DNA from: Octopus sinensis
Lineage: Eukaryota
Assembly: GCF_006345805.1 (NCBI RefSeq)
Contig: NW_021829871.1
Span: 1 to 35,169, forward strand
Direction of reading: 5' to 3'
Length of the DNA stretch: 35,169 nucleotides
Below, in pieces: positions 1-11,747 of this stretch. The number at the start of each line of letters is the position of its first letter. The stretch's first letter is position 1. The position numbers were made by a program, and so were the translations under genes. A model generated the notes under the pieces. That model saw nothing but the letters and a program-made list of their open reading frames with translations. It had not been told where the DNA came from and did no database searches.

Positions 1-685
1 ATAGATAGATAGATATTTCAACAAGCTAATTGTGAGACTAGCACCTGTCCTGGAACTATCGATCTATATATATCGCTGGCGGGGGAGATGAATCGATGCT
101 GCCTGCCTCTAGCCGTCGGGTGTCTAACTTTGAAGAATCCAAACAAGATCGAAATTCTGTGATCAGGTGGTCTTAGTTCCGGAAGTTACAGGGATTTATC
201 TTCCGCTAGCGATATAAACAAGCGTGCGTTTCGACCAGAACACCAATATGAGGGTTTCACTCATGGTAACTACCGCACTAAGGTTTGCTCCAATACAACA
301 TCCACGTTTAGGTAGGGACAAATATTACCTCTCTATATACATCATATTTCGTGTTTTCTACCATTGTGCAGGACTCAGTGGTATTGATAATGTATTCTTC
401 GTTGTTCTAATTTTAAGAAGACGTAGAGTGCTTTGGTGGAGGGAAGTTATGTTGTGCTATTTCTAGATAGGGGCCGGTCCATGTAAAAGGCTCCCTCGGC
501 GATTTCTCATTGCATTAATGTAAGAAGCCTGTGTTGATAAAGATAACGTATATGCTTAATAGAACAGCCATTCCGTCACACTGATATATTCTGTTAAAAC
601 GGTTTTAGAACCAATAAACAAAGCGATCATCATCACCACCCACCCAAACTCCCCAAATTTCCATTCACCACCTTTTCCAATGCCT

Positions 686-1097
686 CCACACACACGCACA
701 CACGCGCATACATGCTTAAACATACACGCGCACATATACGCACATGCATACATAGGCACACACGCGTTCACCAACCCCGATAAACCAGTATTCTATTATT
801 CTATTATTCTATTATATTGTTGTGATAATTGCTAATGTCGTTACGGAATCTGATATGAGCATATACATACGTATATGCATCTACACATAGATGCACAAAA
901 ATACACACATACACACGCACAAATACGTATATATATACATACACATATATTATATAATATATAATATATATATATATATTATTATATATATATATATATA
1001 TATATATAAATGTACATATATATATATATATATTTATATATTTATATATATATATATATACATAATATATAATTTATTTATATATATATATATAATC

Positions 1098-1137
<40 letters not shown>

Positions 1138-1383
1138 AATATATTATATATATATATGTCTATATATATATATGTGCATATATATATACATATATATATA
1201 TATAATATATATATACTATCTCTCTCTATATATATACATATATATACTTATATATAATATATACGTATATTATATATATAATATACATATATATACTTAT
1301 ATATATATATACGTATATATATATATATATATATAAATATAATAAATATATAATATATATATATACATATATATACATACATA

Positions 1384-1414
<31 letters not shown>

Positions 1415-1572
1415 CTATATATATATATACATATATATACATATATATACGTATATATATATATATATATTATATATAATATGAATAGATGTACAAAATA
1501 TATATGCGTGCGTGTGTATGTGCGTGTGTGCGCATGTGCGTACGTATATGTGTGTATGTGTGTGTGTGTGTG
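686..1572. repeat. Compound dinucleotide microsatellite: (CA/CACG)n, long interrupted (TA)n, (TG/TGCG)n
   Basis: Read directly: CA-rich 686-770, (TA)n about 925-1480, TG-rich 1500-1572. The ORFs at 891, 1248, 1415 and 1489 are YI/CV translations of these arrays. Confidence 0.95.
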
Positions 1573-1739
1573 GCGGGGGGTTGTGTGAATGTAAGTGCTT
1601 ATAGCGCAATCCCCAGCGTTTCATCACTCATTGAAAATGATTCATACTTGGTTTTCATTACATTCAGTGGAGCAGAGAGACTTGTTAGAGAAGATAGAAG
1701 GATAGAAGGACAAAAAGCAACAGGTTGAAGGGGGTGGGG

Positions 1740-2360
1740 TAACGAGAGAGAGAAAGAAAGAGAGAGAGAGAGGCAAAGAAGCAGACAGACAAATCGACAG
1801 ATTGGCAGGCACACAGGCAGACAGGCAAAAACGTTAACCGAGGGAGCGGTGGGAGTAGTGGAATCCGTGAAGGTAGTGAACGACGTTATGGAGAGAATTC
1901 AACATATGTAGGAAGGAGATAAAAGAATTTAGAGATTTAGAGAGGCAGTTTGAGGAAGCAAAGTGAGGGGACACGGAGAGAGAGAGAGAGAGAGTAAGAG
2001 AGAACAGAAGAGAGGGGGGAGGGAAAGATGCAAAGAGGTTATTAGAGAGAGAACGATTGGTGGGTTAAAGCGGTAGTGATTGGAACTAGAGGTTGTTGTA
2101 GGCAGAGGGAGTAAAAGTGGTATAAAAAGGGCAAGGAACCGGGAGAGAAAAAAGGCGGGAACAGAGACGAATGTGAAACAGAGATATTACATGTGGCGTG
2201 TATGTGTGTATATGAGTATGTGTGCGTGTGCATATATATATATATATATATATTATATATTATATATAATATATATAATAAATATATATATACATATATT
2301 TATATATATATACATATATATATATAATACATATTATATATATATTTAATATATATATAT

Positions 2361-2406
<46 letters not shown>

Positions 2407-2608
2407 ATATATATATACGCTCACATAAACATCGCGCACACGGGAGAGAGAGAGAGAGAGAGAAGTGGGGCGATAGACAGATAAAAGCATAGAGTGATTG
2501 GGGATGAAAAGCTAGCGAACAAGGTGTTAAAATTTTAACGTAGATATAGACAGAGATGGAAAAATGGACATACATACGCATATATATATATATATATATA
2601 TATATACG

Positions 2609-2641
<33 letters not shown>

Positions 2642-2777
2642 ATATGTATGTATGTATTTATTCTTGCATGTATGTAGTATGTAGGTATGTATGTGACCAC
2701 TCTTATATGTAGGTATGTATATGTGTGCGCGTATATATATATATACATATATATATATATACACACACATATATATG

Positions 2778-2846
<69 letters not shown>

Positions 2847-2985
2847 TATATACATTCACACATTCAAATACATGTCTACCTCTGTTGTTATTACATAGAC
2901 AAGATTGAACAATACATATGTAAAGTTGTGACGCGCGTTAACGAAGGTGAGAATGAGATAACATTATATATATATATATATATAT

Positions 2986-3017
<32 letters not shown>

Positions 3018-3340
3018 TGTATGTATGTATATATGTATATGTGTGTGAGGGTGTGGTGAGAGACAGAATGACAGAGAAGAGGAAGATAAAAGAGCTAATC
3101 ACACAAACTAAAGGTATCAAAAGAAAAATTGAAAGAGAAAACAAAGGAAAGTGAAATGAACGAAACAAATGAAAAACAAAAAAAAGGTAAAGGAAATAAT
3201 GGAAGTGAGAGAAAGAGGGGGAAGTGAGGAAGAAGAGGAGGAAGAACAGGAGGAGGAGGAAATAGAAGACGATTGGTTAGAATTAAAGGGGAGATGAATG
3301 AGTAATAAGTCAATGGGAGTAGTACGAGTAAATTAGGGGA
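1740..3340. repeat. GA-rich polypurine tracts interleaved with (TA)n, (TG)n and (TATG)n arrays
   Basis: GA tracts at about 1740-2040 and 3060-3340; (TA)n at about 2230-2400 and 2575-2850; (TATG)n at about 2990-3030. Confidence 0.9.
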
Positions 3341-3479
3341 GAGCGTGAGCCGAAAATGCAATTTGTGATGGAGGTGTTGGTTGGGGTGTGGTGTGAGGAT
3401 GCAATGATGTAACTTGGGGAGTGATGTAAAGGATGGATAGGAGAAAGGTAGTGAGAGATGGATATATAGAGATACATAA

Positions 3480-3510
<31 letters not shown>

Positions 3511-3662
3511 TGTTTCTTTATTAGCCACACAGGGCTGCACACAGATAGAACAAATTACAAGGTAGAGCTTTTCTTTTGGAGGTAAAAAAATAAAAAAAAA
3601 ATTTAAAAAAAAAGGGGGGGGGTCGATCAAAAGGGATCGTAAAAGGAGAGAAAGAGGACAAA
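3511..3662 (-). mobile_element. Unidentified short element (probable non-LTR retroelement 3' end) in (GATA)n, copy 1
   Basis: The minus strand ends ...GTGTGGCTAATAAAGAAACATA followed by (TCTA)n; AATAAA is at 3517-3522. It is homologous to 3960-4092. Retroelement origin is inferred. Confidence 0.55.
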
Positions 3663-3864
3663 GATAGATATAGATAGATATAGATAGATAGATGGATATA
3701 GAGAAGATAGATAGATAGATAGATGGATGGATAGATAGATAGATAGATAGGTAGATAGGTAGATAGATAGATAGATAGACAGACAGATAGATAGATAAAT
3801 AGACAGACAGATAGATAGATAAATAGACAGACAGATAGATAGATAAATAGACAGACAGATAGAT

Positions 3865-3959
<95 letters not shown>

Positions 3960-4092
3960 TGTTTCTTTATTAGCCACACAGGGCTGAACACAGACAGGAA
4001 AAATTACAAGGTAGAGCTTTTCTTTTGGGGGTTAAAAAAGGGAGTTTGGTTTTCGATCAAAAGGGATCGTGAAAGGAAAGAAAGAGGACAAA
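3960..4092 (-). mobile_element. Unidentified short element in (GATA)n, copy 2
   Basis: Same 3' junction and AATAAA (3966-3971) as copy 1, about 5 mismatches in the first ~73 bp, a divergent middle, and the same distal end AAAGAGGACAAA. Confidence 0.55.
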
Positions 4093-4328
4093 AAAGGGGG
4101 GGGATAAAATTTTAAAAAAAATAGATAGATAGATAGATAGATGGATGGATGGATGGACGGACAGAAAGACGAATAGGCAGACAGACAGACAAATAAAAGG
4201 ATATATCCCTGGCTGGCGTGCTGACTAGTTGGCTGGTTGGCTGGCTGGAAGGATGGTTGGATGTCCGAACGGACAGACAGATAGACAGACGAACATGTAG
4301 ATAGATAGATAGCTAGATAGATAGATAT

Positions 4329-4393
<65 letters not shown>

Positions 4394-4525
4394 CAGATTG
4401 ATAGGTAGGTATGTATGTACATCAATCGGAAGTAAGCGAGATAGAGCAATATAGAAAGAGATAATTTAAGCTAGTGAAAGACAGAATCGAAAAGGTGTGC
4501 AGATATGTATATTTGTGTGTGTGTG

Positions 4526-4558
<33 letters not shown>

Positions 4559-4679
4559 TTTGTCTTTATGTGATATACATATACAATTAACTGTATTGTC
4601 GTAGTATACACATAATTACGTTTAAATTGTCATATCGCTGACATGTTTGGTAACTCTTATTCATTTCCTTTCACTCCCC

Positions 4680-4884
4680 CCCGTTCTCCATCGTTTTCTG
4701 TATCACATCTGATCTTGCACTTATCATCCGTCTTCGTTCCTCTCCCTCTCTTTCTCTTTCTCTCTCTCTCTCTCATCCTCTTTCACATTTTCTCTCTTCA
4801 TTTCTTCTGTCTGTCTGTCTGTCTCTTTCTCTCTCACCCTTTGTCTCTCTTTTATAAAATTATCTATTTCTTCTCTCTCTCTCT

Positions 4885-4922
<38 letters not shown>

Positions 4923-5362
4923 CTCTCTCTCTTTCTCTCTCTCTCTCAACCATTTCGGTATCTGTATATTGCAATCCTTATTTCTCCTCCTCACTCTATT
5001 TACCCGTTATCTTCAAGCTCTGCCTCTCCCATTTCTTATTCTCTCCCTTCCGTGTACCCCACTTCCGCCTCGCCTCTTCCGCCTCTCTCAAGGGTGTCTT
5101 TCTTATTTCCGTCTCTCTCACACCGGTATCTCTTTCTTCGGTCTCTCTCACTTCGGTCTATCTCCTATCAGTCTCTCCCACCACCGTGTCTTTCACTTCT
5201 GTCTCTCTTACTTCCGTCTCTCTCACTTCTACCCCTCTCACTTCCTCTTTCATTTCCCCTCAATATTTACTATTTCCTCTTCGTCCTTTTTATGATTTCT
5301 CCATCCCAACTAACACACACATTCTCTTTCTCTCTCCCTCTCTATCTATCTATCTCTCGCTC
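4680..5362. repeat. CT-rich polypyrimidine tract containing a 15-bp minisatellite (about 5108-5245)
   Basis: (CT)n runs plus about 9 degenerate units of TCCGTCTCTCTCACT, which translate as xSVSL pentapeptides in ORF 4643..5662. Confidence 0.85.
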
Positions 5363-5668
5363 TGGAATCGTCATCCAACCAAAATGCAAATATATGGGAA
5401 ACTACCACCTGTATCATATCTTGTGAAATGTAGAAGAATCCAGTTTGCTGGACATTGTTGTAGAGCTGAAAACGAGGTAATTTCTACTCTTCTCCTCTGG
5501 AAGCCATCTATTCGCAATACCAGAGGGCGCACACTCTCCTACCCTGATGTAATCTCCAGGGATACAGGCATCCAGCAACAGGACCTCCGTAATGCTGTGA
5601 TGGACCGTGAAGTCTGGCGTAGCATGGTAAATTCCATTGTCTCGACCACGGCCGAACAATGATGATGA
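5363..5668 (+). mobile_element. 5'-truncated RTE-X/RTE-like LINE 3' end with intact C-terminal frame, (TGA)n tail and probable TSD
   Basis: Translates WNRHPTKMQIYGKLPPVSYLVKCRRIQFAGHCCRAENEVISTLLLWKPSIRNTRGRTLSYPDVISRDTG...DREVWR, matching the post-RT C-terminus of RTE-type LINEs (FAGH, LLW.P, RGR, DR..WR). Stop at 5660-5662 followed by TGATGA. Flanks are ATCTCTCGCTC (5352-5362) and ATCTCTCGCGCTC (5668-5680). Confidence 0.85.
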
Positions 5669-5699
5669 TCTCTCGCGCTCTCTTATCTCTTGGGAGAAT

Positions 5700-5789
5700 T
5701 ACCGGTGTTGATATTTTCGACTAAAATCTTCAAAGCGTTGCTCCGGCATGGTTGTAGTCCAATGACTTGAACAAGTAAAAGATACAAAG
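5700..5789 (+). mobile_element. 3' tail fragment of the CORE-like SINE family
   Basis: CAAAGCGTTGCTCCGGCATGGTTGTAGTCCAATGACTTGAACAAGTAAAAGA is a diverged match to the tail of the 26321-26730 copy. Confidence 0.7.
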
Positions 5790-5960
5790 CACAATATTGA
5801 ACCAGTGACTCGTTTTATTCATTCATTCCCTCATTTATTCAACACTGGACAATCAGAGATTCTCATCATGTTCGTTTCACCTGCCTGAAATTACAGCCAA
5901 ACGCCTCCAATGGTATCAACCGTCTTGGGGGGAAAAAAAACGGCGGACCTTCTGCTTTAA

Positions 5961-6435
5961 GCACCCCATATAAATCCTCATAACTTGTTTGTGTTTAGGA
6001 ATTTTCAGAAATTTCAGAATTTTTTTGCTAATTTGTAATCCACATGCGGGAATTCATACAACTATGAAAAAAATTCTTTTAAAATTTTTCGAAATAATTT
6101 TTTTAAATTTTCCAATTTTTTTTTTTAAACAGCACTTTAATACGGACAGTCTGATTTTTTTGCTTAAAACGCAAAAATAAATAGCCCATTAAATGTGTTT
6201 ATTGGGAGAAAGACATCGGAAAACATCAATGCATCAGGATGACAAATAAACAAGGAGAGTAGCAAGTGGGCGTGAGATGTGCTAAAAATAACAGCTAAAT
6301 ACCCCTTAAATCACACGATTTTTTTCAAAAAACTTTTTCATAATCGTATGAATTCCCGTAAGTAGAACACAAATACGCTAAAATTTTCTGAAAATTCAAA
6401 AAAAAAATTAAGTTATGAGCGATTATATGGGGTGC
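5961..6435. mobile_element. MITE / non-autonomous DNA transposon with 25-bp TIRs and extended subterminal inverted repeats
   Basis: Left GCACCCCATATAAATCCTCATAACT versus reverse complement of the right end GCACCCCATATAATCGCTCATAACT; internal inverted pair GCGGGAATTCATAC / GTATGAATTCCCGT. TSD is unclear (TTAA left, ATGA right), so the superfamily is not assigned. Confidence 0.85.
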
Positions 6436-6599
6436 ATGAAGCAGAATTCCACCAACAAAAAAGATAAAAGCAAAAAAGAAAAGGCACGTTTTGATACCAG
6501 AATCCTGGATAATGTCGGTTCATGAAAGAAATAGCAGATGCTGATGGATGGAATGCTTTTAATTCTAGTTTTGTCAACTCAAACTTTTCTTATTCGTTC

Positions 6600-7380
6600 G
6601 CTCGTTCATACAATCGATCACATTCAGTCACTAACTCAATCAATCAATCCCTAAGATACTAATTCAATTCTTCAGTCTCTCAATCACACACTTGATCGTT
6701 ACTCATTCAATAACTCAATTAATAATACACTAAATTATCAATCAGTAACTCATTCACTCAGTCACTCAATCACTTAGTCACACAGTTGATCATCATTCAA
6801 TAATTTAATTACACCCTTGATCATCACTCAACTACTCATCAACTCAATCACATGCATGATCATCAATCAGTCATTCAAGCAGACGCCTAATCACCAACCA
6901 ATCACTCGATAATACACTCGACCGTCACTCTTGAGTGTCACTAATCCTCATAATAACACATCAATCACATATTTGGTCACTCAATCACATATTAGATCAT
7001 CACTCAACTACTCATTCACTCAATCATTTAATCACTGAATCACAAATGCACACGCATAATCACAAACCAATCACTCAATAATACACTCGACCGTCACTCT
7101 TGACTGTCACTAATCCTCATAATATCACATCAATCACATATTTGATTATCACTAAACAACTCATTCAAGCATTTAATCACTCAGTCACTCATGCACACAC
7201 TTGATCATCAATCACTCCCTCAATCATTCTCTCAATCGTTCTCTTCCTTACTCAATCTCTCATTCATTCAGTCTCTCACTCACATAATATCTCAGCAATA
7301 TATTCAGTCATATTACATTTAGTCATATTACATACTTAGTTACTCTCTCACTCACATAAATATTCAATCAGTCAACCAAA
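6600..7380. repeat. Cryptic (TCAA/TCAC)-based low-complexity region with an internal ~90-bp direct repeat (period 169)
   Basis: ATACACTCGACCGTCACTCTTGA(G/C)TGTCACTAATCCTCATAATA occurs at 6912 and 7081. Confidence 0.75.
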
Positions 7381-8023
7381 ACCTTGATAGTGTTTTTGAC
7401 CTTTGTATCCGCTATCTCAAGTTCGATCCTTTTCTGATTCTGTTAATATTTTCACCTGTCACTCTCGGGTTGCTTTAACCATCCCCTCCATGGCCAGCCT
7501 TCAATACTGTACCACATCATTATAATTACAAGTTAATAACTGGTACAACTAAAGTGAGTAAATTACGACCACTTTTCTCCTTCAGTTTTCTATTTCTTCA
7601 AAAACATCGAACAAATATGAAAGGATACTGGAATCAACAGAATTTAGCTGACGCTGGATTCAACTTACAGTTTGAAGAAATGATTTTATTCATATGCCTG
7701 TAAAAAGTAGCGCGATGAAGTGTAAAGAGCAGAGAAAAGACAGTGAAGCAAAGCTGACTGTATTGTAGTGTTAAACACGTTCATTCTCGCAGTGAATAAG
7801 AATTCGTTTTCATTAGTTAAAATCTTCATTAATAAAAAAATGTTGAAAAAGAGATTTTGATGAAATTATAAAAACATTGGAAATTTTAAGAACTTTCTAG
7901 ACAGTGTACACTTTAATAAATATTTGTATAATTGCTTTCACCAACATAATAGTACATGTATATACGTATATGCATTTGTATGTATATATATATATATATG
8001 TGTGTGTGTATGTATATACATAT

Positions 8024-8192
8024 AGGGGGAGAATTCACAAAAAAAGACGAAGACAAGTGGTGTAGACAACAAATAGATTTATTAGTTTAACGCTAGGAAA
8101 GTGAAAAAGTCTTTAACGTTTCGAGCCTAGGCTCTTCCACAGAATGAAACAAGGAGAGAAAATAAAGAATGTGTAGTGACTAACGATCTATC
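8024..8192 (-). mobile_element. Interspersed repeat next to (TA)n carrying a Penelope-type minimal hammerhead-like motif, copy 1
   Basis: Homologous to 24121-24304. The minus strand at 8111-8145 reads CATT-CTGTGGA-A-GAGC-CTAG-GCTC-GAAA-CGT-T-AAAG. Confidence 0.6.
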
Positions 8193-8269
8193 TCTGTTTT
8201 TACGTGCGTATTCGCATGTAAGTTCAAGCATACATGTGTATACCTGAAAATAGATATGTATCTATGATG

Positions 8270-8318
8270 TATATTTATGAATGCATGCATGTGTATATAT
8301 ACATACATACATACATAC

Positions 8319-8361
<43 letters not shown>

Positions 8362-8519
8362 ATGTATATATATGTATATGTATATATATACATGCATGGA
8401 TTCAAAATATATAATCATAGATTCATATTTATTTTAATCCTTATTTATTTTAATTTAAAAACATGAATACATACATAGGAAGTAAGTAGACAGTTGGATA
8501 GATAAATAGATATGTATCA

Positions 8520-8558
<39 letters not shown>

Positions 8559-8600
8559 ATTATATATATTTATGTATGATGTGATATTTTCTATGATATA

Positions 8601-8641
<41 letters not shown>

Positions 8642-8777
8642 CATATACACATACATGCATATACGGTGCATACACATGCATAATACATCGTCCAACGAGG
8701 TCTCTTGTTTCTTCTGTTTCTGTATTTGTAACGATAGCAATAATAACAGAAACCTCAGAAGCCCTTTCTACAAGAAC

Positions 8778-8818
<41 letters not shown>

Positions 8819-8995
8819 CGCGCATGCGCGCACACACACCGAAACACATAAGCACATTCACCCACACATATACAGATACACATATTTACCCACCACGCAT
8901 AAACACAAGCACACATGCAGATCCACACACTCAAAAACATACACACAACCTTCACACATATAAACATATACACACATTAGGCCACATTCTGACGG

Positions 8996-9070
<75 letters not shown>

Positions 9071-9084
9071 TTAAATATACATAT

Positions 9085-9136
<52 letters not shown>

Positions 9137-9141
9137 ACATA

Positions 9142-9185
<44 letters not shown>

Positions 9186-9340
9186 TTACGTTCCCCACGC
9201 ACAAGAACATAACACACAGGACTTAACAGACACACTTTCTACACACAACGCGCGTACATACACTCACACAAACACACACACAAATACCCAGCTACACACA
9301 CACGCATACACACACACGCACATACACACAGGCAAACACA
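8270..9340. repeat. (TA)n, (CATA)n and (CA)n microsatellite cluster
   Basis: Direct reading. Confidence 0.9.
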
Positions 9341-9419
9341 CTCCACTTTAGGGACCTAAGCAAAATGAATGACGTAAAGATTCGATTTCAATAAACAACT
9401 TGATTACATCTCGGCAACC

Positions 9420-10525
9420 ATGACCCACCACCACCAAGAACAACAACACCATCTTCACCATCACTGCACCCAATACAACCAACGCCTCCACCACCACACC
9501 ATCGCACGCACCACCACCACCACATCCAACACCACTACCACCATCACACTACTACCACGACAACAAACAACACCACCACCACCACCACATCCAACACCAC
9601 TACCACCATCACACTACTACCACGACAACAAACAACACCACCAGCACCACCACATCCAACACAACAGCTAACACCACCGCCACCGTCGCAACCACTACCA
9701 TCACCAGCACCACCACCACCACCACCATCACCACAACTAGCACCATCACAACCAACATCGTCATCATCACCACACTACCACCACTACTACTACAATCACC
9801 ACTATCACCATCGATACTACATCCCACACCACCATCTCTACCACTACCTACATTATGTTACTGCTGCTAACCACACTACCACCTTAACTACCTCCGTCAT
9901 CACGTGCTACTCCATCACCACCACATCCAGTTCTACTATCATCGCTACTGTAACAACTACAACCTACATCACCTCTCCAGTCATTACTACTACTACTACT
10001 ACGTCTACTACTACTACTTCTTCTACTACTGCTGCTACTACAACTACTACTACTACGTCTACTACTACTGCTGCACCTACAACTCTACAACTACTACTAT
10101 TACTACTACTACAACTGCTACTACTAATACTACTACCACTACTACTACTACTACGTCTACTACTACTACTACTACTACTACTACTGCCACTACAACTACT
10201 ACAACAACTACAACTTTTTCTGCTGCTAGTACTATTACTACTACTGCTGTTGCTGCTTCGTATTCTACTACTACTACTTCTACAACTACAACTATTACTA
10301 TACTACTACTACTACTACTACTACTATACGTGAACGATAACAACAGCGGAAGCAATAGGAAGGAACAATATAGTCAATGCTAAAACCGCCGCCAACCTCG
10401 ACAACAACAACAATAGCAATAACACCAACATCGCAAAATAACGGTTCCAGCTATTTTGTGATCAACAGCAACAACAACAACAACAACAACAACATCAGCA
10501 GCAACAACAACAACAGCAATAACAA
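9420..10525. repeat. Compound trinucleotide array (ACC/ACA to ACT to CAA/CAG) with local unit duplications
   Basis: Direct reading. CATCCAACACCACTACCACCATCACACTACTACCACGACAACAAACAACACCACCA occurs twice around 9523-9660. The poly-T/H/Y ORFs are artefacts. Confidence 0.9.
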
Positions 10526-10579
10526 CGGATTAAATTGCAAAACTGTACAAGAAATACGTCGAGGGGCGTGGCAATTTGT

Positions 10580-10730
10580 TATATATATATATAATATATA
10601 TATATATATAAACACATAATACATACAAACATTCATACATTTGTGTATGTGTGTGTCCGTGCGTGTGTGTATGTATACATACATACATAAATACATATAG
10701 ATATATATATATATTATATATATATATATA

Positions 10731-10769
<39 letters not shown>

Positions 10770-10770
10770 G

Positions 10771-10802
<32 letters not shown>

Positions 10803-10862
10803 TATGCATATATATCTGTACGTGTATAAGGGTTGTACCTATATATAGGTAGATAAATAGTC

Positions 10863-10921
<59 letters not shown>

Positions 10922-10923
10922 AC

Positions 10924-10955
<32 letters not shown>

Positions 10956-11152
10956 AGATATATGTATGTATGTATGCATGTATGTACCTAAAATGTGTTT
11001 GTGAGTGTATGTGTGTTTGTGTATGTGTTGATCCACATGATGCGAGTTGTATTTCAATTTCAACTTTTGCGAAGCTGCAAGAACGTGGCGAGGAATCAAT
11101 AATTTGATATGAAATGCCTTTATACTCCGTCTTTTGATGAACTCAAATCAAC

Positions 11153-11188
<36 letters not shown>

Positions 11189-11198
11189 CATAACGTAC

Positions 11199-11238
<40 letters not shown>

Positions 11239-11291
11239 TATATTATATATATATATTATATATATATTATATATATGAATATATGTACACG

Positions 11292-11350
<59 letters not shown>
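10580..11350. repeat. (TA)n/(TATG)n/(TG)n arrays
   Basis: Direct reading. Confidence 0.9.
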
Positions 11351-11351
<1 letters not shown>

Positions 11352-11747
11352 TTTGTGTGGTAAAGTTTGTTCGAATTGAACAAGCGACGACATTTAAGGA
11401 ATTGATGAAAATATTGATTGCCGCACCATGATGAAAAGCCTCGCTTTAAAACTGAAAGTGAAACACACAAAATCGACGTCTTGGAGTGCAGCGCAATAGA
11501 AACGAACTTATTCTCACCATTGAAAGGGCATAGTACCATCCACACCTTCGTACCCCACCAAGCAGCTGTAAATCTCTCAAATGGAACATTTAGATAAAGA
11601 GATAACTAGCTGAGAACGAAATCTATAATCTAACGATCTATTGAACCGATTGCCGACAACTACCCTTGGCAACCCGGCTTCATTGTTAATATATAATGGT
11701 CGAAGAGCGATGGGAATGGAAAGTGAGAAAATATATGATTTTTTCTA

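Larger units (their letters stand above)
3460..4450. repeat. (GATA)n/(GACA)n/(GATG)n tetranucleotide array with two non-repetitive inserts
   Basis: Direct reading. The YLSI-repeat ORFs on the minus strand are its translation. Confidence 0.95.

Noticed and set aside
15-540. Possible LTR-retrotransposon remnant (minus-strand PFTWTGPY, GPY/F-like) next to (GATA)n
   Set aside because: A single short motif among many stops, with no clear PPT or TG...CA LTR boundaries.
4643-5662. 339-aa ORF as a single gene
   Set aside because: The first ~240 codons are a stop-free CT tract; only the last ~99 codons are a LINE C-terminus.
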